Source of the DNA: Acidimicrobiales bacterium
Lineage (GTDB): Bacteria > Actinomycetota > Acidimicrobiia > Acidimicrobiales > Aldehydirespiratoraceae
NCBI GenBank assembly: GCA_021604885.1
Contig: BQJV01000002.1
Location: 1-40,942, forward strand
Length of the DNA: 40,942 nt
Direction: 5' to 3'
The position numbers were made by a program, and so were the translations under genes. Positions within the stretch are counted from its first letter, which is position 1. Each line of letters opens with the position of its first letter. A model generated the notes under the pieces. It saw only the letters and a program-made list of their open reading frames with translations, did not search any database and was not told where the DNA came from. Positions 17,386 through 24,768 of the stretch are shown one piece after another.

Positions 17386-18179
17386 TCGCCCTCAACCAGG
17401 TCCGGATGTGCCAACGGGTCGACCTCGAGGAAGGAGTTGAGGAGAGCCCAGTATCCGGCTGCGAACGCCGACCATTCCTGCGGTTCGCCGGATGCGCCTG
17501 TCGACAGTTCTTGTGTTGGCAACTCCGTTGGATCGAACCGGGTCCGCAGCGTGCTGCCTTCCGATAGCGCGATCCCCAGGTTCGCAATCAGGGAGAAGCC
17601 CGTGTCCGCGTGAGCGAAGAGATCCACGCGAGGCCGAAGCCCAAGTATCTGGGCGAGCCCTCGGAGGAGTTCGACTCCGGCAGCTTCGAAGTCGCCATAG
17701 CTTGTTGATGTTGCAACTCTCAGCTGCTCTGCACGCTCGGAACTGAGGCCCGCGTCAGCAGCGAGACTCATTGTCATGCCGACCCATGAAAAGAACCGCG
17801 GGTCTCCTTGCGCGACGGCGAGGTTCACGTCTGCCGCAACTCGAGTCATCTCCCGCATGCGGTCAATCGGGTGGAGGTCCGCTGTTTCCTCGAACACGTC
17901 GATGGCCGAGGTATATGTCTGCTGCATTCCCGAGTCCGTGCTGCTTAGTAACTCGAGGACCTCAAACTGAAAGTCCTCCTGGCTTACCCAGATGCGTTCG
18001 TGGACGGACGCGCGTGTGACGCGCACCCCCATGGTCTCCTCGAGATGATCGAACACCTTCTGATAGCTGACGGTCGTGGGCTCTGCTCCGAGCCCTTCGA
18101 TTCTGACCAGGTCGACGGCGGCGTCGAGCACGAGCTTCTTCGTCTGTTCGCGACTTCGGCGGCTCGCGCGTTCGGCCAT
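17382..18179 (-). CDS. TetR/AcrR-like transcriptional regulator (atypically long at 265 aa).
   Basis: The N-terminus reads KKLVLDAAVDLVRIEGLGAEPTTVSYQKVFDHLEETMGVRVTRASVHERIWVSQEDFQFEVL. This follows the TetR HTH pattern (ilxaAxxl...vsxxxv...Gvxvtrxsvxxr..sxexl) with an insertion. GC is lower than in the neighbouring genes. Confidence 0.5.
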   Translation of the reverse strand: MAERASRRSREQTKKLVLDAAVDLVRIEGLGAEPTTVSYQKVFDHLEETMGVRVTRASVHERIWVSQEDFQFEVLELLSSTDSGMQQTYTSAIDVFEETADLHPIDRMREMTRVAADVNLAVAQGDPRFFSWVGMTMSLAADAGLSSERAEQLRVATSTSYGDFEAAGVELLRGLAQILGLRPRVDLFAHADTGFSLIANLGIALSEGSTLRTRFDPTELPTQELSTGASGEPQEWSAFAAGYWALLNSFLEVDPLAHPDLVEGD

Positions 18180-18244
18180 CAGTGAGAACCTCCGGGTCGT
18201 TGCTCTTGTCTCACACTATCGGCCTTGCTATGTTGCAACTCAAG

Positions 18245-18265
18245 GTCGCTACCTAGAGTAGCGAC
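18245..18265. promoter_or_regulatory. Inverted repeat in the divergent TetR/Imm53 intergenic region; a candidate operator.
   Basis: The sequence is gtcgctac-ctaga-gtagcgac (8-bp arms, 5-nt spacer). It lies 20 nt upstream of the Imm53 start codon. The 8-bp palindrome GTTGCAAC sits at 18232-18239. Confidence 0.3.
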
Positions 18266-18284
18266 GCATGGTTGCGGAGGAATC

Positions 18285-18647
18285 GTGGACGACACCGGAG
18301 AAGGCTCACACACTGCGGCGGCCGGCGAGGTGCTGGCGTTTCTGTGCGATTGGTATCGCGCACAGTGTGTTCCGGAGTTGCACGACGGCGATGGCATCAG
18401 CATCGAAGCCGTCGACGGACCGGGATGGTGGATGACGATCGATCTTCGGGGCACGTCACTCGAGGGCGAGCTGTCCGCGCCGCTTGTCGAGGATCTCGGC
18501 GAGGGCGAGTGGGTGCAGAGTTGGTCGGACGGCACCGAGTTCATGGCGGCTGCCTCCATTTCGAGCCTGCCGCTCGCCGTGCAGGCGTTTCGCGACTTCG
18601 TTCGCGACAGCGAGGCTCCACAGTGGGAGAAGCTCCTGGCGGGCTGA
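18285..18647 (+). CDS. Imm53-type immunity protein (polymorphic-toxin-system immunity family).
   Basis: The start is the GTG at 18285, with GGAGGA 4 nt upstream. The segment LAFLCDWYRAQCVPELHDGDGISIEAVDGPGWWMTIDLRGTSLEG matches the remembered Imm53 signature (WY..QCdGdWEH..GI.I.TlDNPGW.v.IDL..T.L). Confidence 0.55.
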   Translation: MDDTGEGSHTAAAGEVLAFLCDWYRAQCVPELHDGDGISIEAVDGPGWWMTIDLRGTSLEGELSAPLVEDLGEGEWVQSWSDGTEFMAAASISSLPLAVQAFRDFVRDSEAPQWEKLLAG

Positions 18648-18702
18648 GAAACCCGGCGCCTCCGACTCCTCCGACTAACTTCGTCGTCGAGGCGACGGAG
18701 GT

Positions 18703-19851
18703 ATGGACATGGCCGGACCGCTGGCCGGCGTGAGGGTGATCGAACTCGCCGGCCTCGGCGCCCTCCCGTTCGGAACGCTGAAGTTGGCGGACATGGGGGC
18801 GGAAGTCATCCGCGTCGATCGACTCGCGGAGGTGCCGGAGGACAAGGTCACCGGCGGATACTCGTCGTGGGATCGTGGGCGACGGTCGATCGCTGTGGAT
18901 CTCAAACAGCCGGCGGGCGTCGAGACGGTGCTTCGGCTCGCGAGCGACGCTGACATCTTTCTCGAGGCCTTTCGCCCCGGTGTCACCGAGAGGCTCGGTG
19001 TCGGCCCCGACGAGGTCATGAACCGGAATCCCGCCATCGTGTACGGGCGTCTCACGGGGTGGGGACAGACCGGCGTGCTGGCGCCGAGCGCCGGCCACTC
19101 ACTCAACTACGAGGCGATCACGGGCGTGATCGGAAGCGTCGGCCCGGCCGGCGGGCCTCCTGTGCCGGTCATGCAGCTCCTCGGCGACTTCGCCGGCGGC
19201 GGACTGACGATGGCCTTCGGCGTGCTGTGCGCCCTCTGGGAAGCGAAGCAATCAGGGCAAGGGCAGGTCGTTGACGCAGCGATGACCGACGGTGTGGCAT
19301 CGATTGCAAGCGTGTTCTACGGGATGCAGGCGAGCGGAATGCACACGACAAACCTGGGAACCAACCTGTTCGACGGCGGCTCACCCTTTTACACCGTGTA
19401 CGAATGTGCCGATGGGGGGTACATGTCGATCGCCCCGATCGAACCCCACTTCTACGCCTTGATGCTCGAGACCATCGGCATCGATCAGAGCGACCTGCCG
19501 GCGCAGTACGACCGCGAGAAGTGGCCGGAGGTGAAGGCGACGATCCAAGCCAAGTTTCTCGAGCGGACCCGCGACGAGTGGTGTGACCTGCTCGAGGGAA
19601 CGGACTGCTGTGCTGCGCCCGTGCTCAGCTTCGACGAAGCCCGGGAGTACCCACACCACCGTCAGCGGGGAACCTTCGGAGGCGAGAGCAACACCGAGGT
19701 CGTGCCGGTCCCCATCCTCTCCCGTACGCCTGGCGAGGCCCGCCCCTCGCCCGCGTGGGTTGGCGCCGACACGGATGATGTGCTCGCCGAACGGGGATTC
19801 TCCGCACAGGAGATCGCTGCCCTGCGATCCGCCGGCGCGGTGGGGGGCTGA
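18703..19851 (+). CDS. Family III CoA-transferase, alpha-methylacyl-CoA racemase-like.
   Basis: The protein begins MDMAGPLAGVRVIELAGLGALPFGTLKLADMGAEVIRVDR. At 382 aa it is the single-module size. A GGAGG ribosome-binding site lies upstream. The ATG at 18709 is an alternative start. Confidence 0.8.
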   Translation: MDMAGPLAGVRVIELAGLGALPFGTLKLADMGAEVIRVDRLAEVPEDKVTGGYSSWDRGRRSIAVDLKQPAGVETVLRLASDADIFLEAFRPGVTERLGVGPDEVMNRNPAIVYGRLTGWGQTGVLAPSAGHSLNYEAITGVIGSVGPAGGPPVPVMQLLGDFAGGGLTMAFGVLCALWEAKQSGQGQVVDAAMTDGVASIASVFYGMQASGMHTTNLGTNLFDGGSPFYTVYECADGGYMSIAPIEPHFYALMLETIGIDQSDLPAQYDREKWPEVKATIQAKFLERTRDEWCDLLEGTDCCAAPVLSFDEAREYPHHRQRGTFGGESNTEVVPVPILSRTPGEARPSPAWVGADTDDVLAERGFSAQEIAALRSAGAVGG

Positions 19852-19852
19852 C

Positions 19853-20773
19853 GTGACCTTCGATCTCGACCGTGTCGTGCAGGCGGCGGGTGCCATCCCG
19901 CGCCCGTTCGTGCGGGCGCCCCAGTACCGAAGCGAGTCGCTGAGTCGCCTCCTCGGCATCGAACTGATCCTGAAGGTGGAGACCATCAATCCCACCGGCA
20001 CGGTCGCGAGTCGTGGGGCCGAATGGTGGTTCGAGTGTCATCGCGACGTTCATCGAGTCGTGTGCGCGAGCGCGGACGACTTCGGTGTCGCGATGGCGAA
20101 CGCGGGTCGCAGTCGAGGCATCGACGTCGAGCTCTTCGGTCCGCTCGATGCCGATCCGGGAAAGGTCGAGAGTCTGCGCCATTCCGGAACCATCGTGCGG
20201 CTGGACGGAAGCAATGCCGACGAAGCCAGGGCTGAGGCCCAGCGCTATTCGCGAATGGTCGACGCGCTCTTCATCGACGATGGAGATCACATCGAACTCG
20301 CAGAGGGCGCCGCGACGATGGCGGCGGAGCTCGAACACCACGATGGCGATATCGACGCGATCTTCGTGCCGATCGGCAGGGGGACACTCGCGCATGGCAC
20401 CGGCGCGTGGTGTCACGAACGGATGCCTCGAACGCGCGTCGTCGGTGTCGGCGCGGAACGCGCTCCGGGAACGGTTCGCAGCGTTCGGGAAGGTCGCCTC
20501 GTGCGGACGCCGGTTTCCCCGGGGGCCGGTGCGCCGGAGATGTCGGTGTCGGCGCCTTCGGAGCTGATCGTCGTGCCCTTGTCCGATGCCCTCGATGACA
20601 CTGCCCTCGTCAACGACCGGCACCTGGAGCAGGCAGCGGCAGCGCTACTCGCGCACGAGGGTCTTCGAGCCTCGCTCGACGGAAGCGCCGCGCTTGCGGC
20701 TGCGGCGCTCGCGGCACCGGACATGCGCGGCGCGACCATCGTCGTACCCGTCACGGGGCGCGCTGCGGGCTGA
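19853..20773 (+). CDS. Fold-type II PLP-enzyme-like protein (threonine dehydratase / cysteine synthase fold) with degenerate catalytic motifs.
   Basis: The start is the GTG at 19853, 1 nt after the upstream TGA. The segment LILKVETINPTGTVASRGA aligns to the canonical NPxGSFKxRGA, but the Schiff-base Lys is replaced by Ala (codon 20006-20008). SADDFGVAMA replaces SaGNHaqGvA, and PIGRGTLAHG replaces the GGGGL phosphate loop. Confidence 0.6.
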   Translation: MTFDLDRVVQAAGAIPRPFVRAPQYRSESLSRLLGIELILKVETINPTGTVASRGAEWWFECHRDVHRVVCASADDFGVAMANAGRSRGIDVELFGPLDADPGKVESLRHSGTIVRLDGSNADEARAEAQRYSRMVDALFIDDGDHIELAEGAATMAAELEHHDGDIDAIFVPIGRGTLAHGTGAWCHERMPRTRVVGVGAERAPGTVRSVREGRLVRTPVSPGAGAPEMSVSAPSELIVVPLSDALDDTALVNDRHLEQAAAALLAHEGLRASLDGSAALAAAALAAPDMRGATIVVPVTGRAAG

Positions 20774-20775
20774 TC

Positions 20776-23253
20776 TCAGCGCCGCCGTTTCGCTCGACTG
20801 GTGGGCGCGGCGGATGTGGGGTCCTCTGGCCACTCGTGCTTCGGATAGCGGCCGCGGAGCTCCTTGCGGACGGCCTGGTAGCTGTCCGACCAGAACGAGT
20901 CGAGATCGCTCGTCACCTGGACGGGGCGATGAGCGGGGGAGAGCAGATGGAGCACGAGGGTGACGCTGCCGTTGGCGACGGTCGGCGTCTCAGCCAAGCC
21001 GAACATTTCTTGGAGGCGGACCGCGAGCACCGGGCCTTCTGGCGACGAGTAGTCGACGGGGATGCGTGAACCGGACGGGACGGCGATGTGGGTGGGTGCA
21101 AGCCGCTCCACATCGCGGATCTGCCGCCAGTCGAGTCGGTTGTTGAGCGCCGCCTTCACGTCGATCATCTCGAGGTCCGCCCGCCGCCGAGCATTGGCGA
21201 TCGCCGGTCCGAGCCAGGTCTCGAGATCCTCCGTGAGCGGCCCATCGCCGACGTCGGGCCACGTGTCCTGATCAACGCGGTGCAGAAACGCCAGCCGTTC
21301 ACGCCAACGCCGGTCTGCCTCGCTCCACGAGAGTAGACCGAGTCCTTCCCGGCGCACGCCGGCGAGCAGCGCCTCACGGACGGCGTCGGGGTCGGGCCGG
21401 TCGTCGGGGCTGCGGCGCAGGACGAGCGCTCCGAGCCGCTCCTGTCGTTCGAACGCGACGTCCCGCGAGCGGCGATCCCACTCGCCTCGGACGAGCTCCT
21501 CGATGCGATCGGCATGTAGCGCCTCGAGCTCGTCGCGGTCGATCGGCGCCGCGGTGATAATTCGAGCATCCGCCCCCATCCCGTCCGTCTCCGCGACGGC
21601 GAGATACGACTCCTGGGCGAGGCCGTCGTCGGCTGGAGTCGCGACACCGGCGCCCGATGCCAGGAGGAAGCTGCCGGCGTCTGCTCTGCGTTGTGCAAGG
21701 CGGTCCGGGTAGGCAAGCGAGACGACAGCCCCGACCTTCTCGAGATCGGCCGGACCGGTCGCGCCGAGGCGTCGGCGCCAGCGGCGGGCGAGGTCCCGTG
21801 CCCGCTGGCGTCGACCCTCTTCGATGCCGCGTCCGCCGCGATCCAGCGCCTCGACGCGAAGACGGAGATCGGTCGGTCGGGTTCGCCCTGTGAGCAGGTC
21901 CCGGTCGGCGAGCACGGCGGCCAGATCGCATGCCGTGCCGCCGAGACCGATCTGATGGCCGCGGATCATCATGTGCGCGAGCCGTGGCTCCGCTCCGAGC
22001 GCGACCATTTCGCGGCCGTGTGCCGTCATGCGGCGGTCGTCGTCCAGCGCACCGAGTGTCGTCAGAATCCCCCGGGCAGCAGCGAGCGCTGCGGCGGGCG
22101 GTGGGTCCACGAAGGGGATCTCGTGCGCCTCGATCGCTCCCCAGGCGGCGATCTGGAGCGCCAGCGACGTGAGGTCTGCGGTGAGGATCTCTGGCGGTTC
22201 ATCGACCCGTCGGCGCCCCTGTTCGACCTCGGGCCAGAGGCGGATGCAGATGCCCGGACCCTGCCGCCCGGCGCGGCCGCGGCGCTGGTCCGTGGCCGCC
22301 TGGCTCGCGTTGACGGTGCGGAGTCGACTCATCCCCCGTCCGATGTCGGTCTCCGGTCGCCGCCGCCGACCTGTGTCGATCACGATCCGAACGCCGTCGA
22401 TCGTCACGCTCGTTTCGGCGATCGGGGTGGACAGCACGACCTTGCGGACGCCTTTCGCTGCCGGCCGCAGCGCCCGGTCCTGCTCCGAGGGAGGCAGCGA
22501 CCCGTGGAGCGGCGTGATCGTGACCCCTTCTGGAAGCCGCTTCCCGAGTGCCCGCGCCGTGCGATTGATGTCGCCGACTCCGGCCAGAAAGACGAGAACG
22601 TCGCCGGCATGGGCGGACACTGCCTCAACGATGGCGTCGGCCGTGTCGTCCGCGGAGGAGCGGCCCGGTGCCGGCACCCGATAGCTCGTCTGCACCGGAT
22701 GGAGGGGCGACTCGACGCGCACGATCTCGGCCTCGCCGAGTTGCGCAGCGATCGAGTCGCCATCGATGGTTGCCGACATCAGCACCAGTCGAAGGTCGGG
22801 GCGCAGCGCGCTGCGTGTCTCGCGTGTGAACGCCAGCGCAGTGTCGGCATGGATGCTCCGTTCGTGGAACTCGTCGAAGATCACGGCTCCGACGCCTTCC
22901 AACGCGGGGTCGTCGATCAGCATCCGGCTCAGCACGCCCTCGGTCACGACCTCCAGTCGCGTCGCCGGACCGATCCGCGTGTCGAAACGGGTTCGAACTC
23001 CCACGACATCACCGACCTGGCTCCCGAGATCAGCGGCGATGCGTTCCGCGGCAGCCCGCGCGGCGACGCGGCGCGGTTCGAGCATCAACACACGCTGTCC
23101 AGCCAACCAATTGCTGTCGACGAGCGATGGGGGCACTCGTGTCGTCTTCCCGGTGCCAGGCGGCGACTCGAGCACGACGATCCGATTGGCGGCGAGGATC
23201 TCGTTGACGCGCGGCAGTGCCGCGTCGACCGGAAGCTCGGTCGGCTCACCCAC
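20776..23253 (-). CDS. hrpB: ATP-dependent RNA helicase HrpB (DEAH-box).
   Basis: 825 aa. Walker A is LESPPGTGKTT and motif II is VIFDEFHERS. The long C-terminal HrpB-type extension is present. Confidence 0.85.
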   Translation of the reverse strand: MGEPTELPVDAALPRVNEILAANRIVVLESPPGTGKTTRVPPSLVDSNWLAGQRVLMLEPRRVAARAAAERIAADLGSQVGDVVGVRTRFDTRIGPATRLEVVTEGVLSRMLIDDPALEGVGAVIFDEFHERSIHADTALAFTRETRSALRPDLRLVLMSATIDGDSIAAQLGEAEIVRVESPLHPVQTSYRVPAPGRSSADDTADAIVEAVSAHAGDVLVFLAGVGDINRTARALGKRLPEGVTITPLHGSLPPSEQDRALRPAAKGVRKVVLSTPIAETSVTIDGVRIVIDTGRRRRPETDIGRGMSRLRTVNASQAATDQRRGRAGRQGPGICIRLWPEVEQGRRRVDEPPEILTADLTSLALQIAAWGAIEAHEIPFVDPPPAAALAAARGILTTLGALDDDRRMTAHGREMVALGAEPRLAHMMIRGHQIGLGGTACDLAAVLADRDLLTGRTRPTDLRLRVEALDRGGRGIEEGRRQRARDLARRWRRRLGATGPADLEKVGAVVSLAYPDRLAQRRADAGSFLLASGAGVATPADDGLAQESYLAVAETDGMGADARIITAAPIDRDELEALHADRIEELVRGEWDRRSRDVAFERQERLGALVLRRSPDDRPDPDAVREALLAGVRREGLGLLSWSEADRRWRERLAFLHRVDQDTWPDVGDGPLTEDLETWLGPAIANARRRADLEMIDVKAALNNRLDWRQIRDVERLAPTHIAVPSGSRIPVDYSSPEGPVLAVRLQEMFGLAETPTVANGSVTLVLHLLSPAHRPVQVTSDLDSFWSDSYQAVRKELRGRYPKHEWPEDPTSAAPTSRAKRRR

Positions 23254-23260
23254 CCCCGGC

Positions 23261-23932
23261 TCAGCTCCGCCCGGCGGCGGCCGTCATCGATCGAACCGCG
23301 GCGGCGACCGACTCGGGATGCGAACGCATGACATAGTGCCGGGCGCCTTCGACCGTTGTGCGCTCCGCGTGGGGGAGCTTCTTCTCCATGTAGTCGTTCG
23401 CGCCGAGATACGCCTTGTCGCCGTCGCCGATGACGAGCGCCAGGGGCATCGTCAGCTCGGTCATACGATCGATCACCATGGCGTCGACGTGGAAGGCAAC
23501 GGCGGCGGCGATCTCCGGGATTCCGTAGTCCTTGGCGTTCTCGCGAACCCGCTCGTTCCAGCTGTCGCGGGCCTTCGGGTCGCGAAAGCCCGGCCCGGTC
23601 GAGACGAGGACCATCGCAGCAATCGCGCCGGGGCGGCTCATCGCATGAGCCATACCGAGGTATCCGCCGAGGGAATGCCCGACCAGTACAACCGGCGAGT
23701 CGAGCGTCGCGATCACATCATCGAGGTCCGTGAGGAGCGCCTCTCGTTCATACGCCGCGGGATCGTCGCTGACCGGTGACTCGCCATGACCCGGGAGATC
23801 CACCGCGACACAGGTGTGATCCTGGAGGAGGTCGATGACCGGGCTCCAGACGTCGGCATCGGAGTCGAGGCCATGGACGAAAAGGACAGTCGGGCCGGTC
23901 CCGCTCGTGACGACGTTGAGGTGTGTGGACAT
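23261..23932 (-). CDS. Alpha/beta hydrolase.
   Basis: The start is an internal ATG (cat at 23930-23932). The protein begins MSTHLNVVTSGTGPTVLFVHGLDSDADVW. The nucleophile elbow is GHSLGG. Length is 223 aa. Confidence 0.75.
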   Translation of the reverse strand: MSTHLNVVTSGTGPTVLFVHGLDSDADVWSPVIDLLQDHTCVAVDLPGHGESPVSDDPAAYEREALLTDLDDVIATLDSPVVLVGHSLGGYLGMAHAMSRPGAIAAMVLVSTGPGFRDPKARDSWNERVRENAKDYGIPEIAAAVAFHVDAMVIDRMTELTMPLALVIGDGDKAYLGANDYMEKKLPHAERTTVEGARHYVMRSHPESVAAAVRSMTAAAGRS

Positions 23933-23954
23933 GGGTGGTGGATTCTCCGAATGT

Positions 23955-24725
23955 TCAGTGGCCGTGGAAGGCGGCGTGGCGCTTGTCGAGAAACGCCTGC
24001 ACGCCTTCGCGGAAATCGGCGCTGTCGTAGCAGGCGCTCCGTGCTTCTGCGGCGGCGCTCTCGAGGGACGCGTCACGAAAGGAATTCACGCTGAGTTTCG
24101 TCGCGCGGTGTGTGAGTGGCGCGAGACGGGCGATCTGCGTCGCAACCGTGCTGACGTGATCTTCCAGGTCGGCTTTGGCGACGACTTCCTGCACCAGACC
24201 CATGCGCTCCGCTTGCGCAGCGTCGAACACCCGTGCGCTGTACAGGAGCAACTTGGCGCGGGCGGGCCCGACGAGCTCGATGAGTCGATACAACGCGTCC
24301 TGCGGGTAGGCGAGACCGAGACGGGCGGGCGGCACCGCGAACGTCGCGTCGTCCGCGGCGATTCGAATGTCGCAGTGGAGAGCCATCGCGATTCCGCCGC
24401 CCATACAGGGGCCATGGATCGCCGCGAGAACAGGGATCGGGATGGCGGCGAGCGCCTCCCAAGCGGCGTGTTCAGCGTTGTCATACGACGGGGCCTTGTC
24501 GCCGAGACGTCGCGTCGGGAACTCGCTGATGTCGGACCCGGCACCGAACGCCTCCTGGCCGGCACCGCGCAGAACGATGACGCGCAGCTCGGGCTCCGCA
24601 AGGAGTTCCTCGATTGCGGCCGGCACCGCTGAATACATGTCGGCAGTCATGGCGTTGCGGCGCGTCGGGTTGTCGATGATCAGGGTTCCGACCGCGCCGT
24701 CGCGTTCTGTTCCGATCCCGGGCAT
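23955..24725 (-). CDS. Enoyl-CoA hydratase/isomerase (crotonase family).
   Basis: The start is an internal ATG (cat at 24723-24725). The protein begins MPGIGTERDGAVGTLIIDNPTRRNAM and contains VIVLRGAGQEAFGAGSDISEF and GPCMGGG. Confidence 0.8.
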   Translation of the reverse strand: MPGIGTERDGAVGTLIIDNPTRRNAMTADMYSAVPAAIEELLAEPELRVIVLRGAGQEAFGAGSDISEFPTRRLGDKAPSYDNAEHAAWEALAAIPIPVLAAIHGPCMGGGIAMALHCDIRIAADDATFAVPPARLGLAYPQDALYRLIELVGPARAKLLLYSARVFDAAQAERMGLVQEVVAKADLEDHVSTVATQIARLAPLTHRATKLSVNSFRDASLESAAAEARSACYDSADFREGVQAFLDKRHAAFHGH

Positions 24726-24768
24726 CTCCGCAGCCTGCCAGACCGCGTGAGTGGACGTGGTGTCGGCG

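Noticed and set aside
18648-18702. The short direct repeat ctccgact-ctccgact and a 5-bp hairpin between the Imm53 and CoA-transferase genes.
   Set aside because: They are too short to separate from chance. They most likely just contain the RBS region (GGAGG) of the downstream gene.
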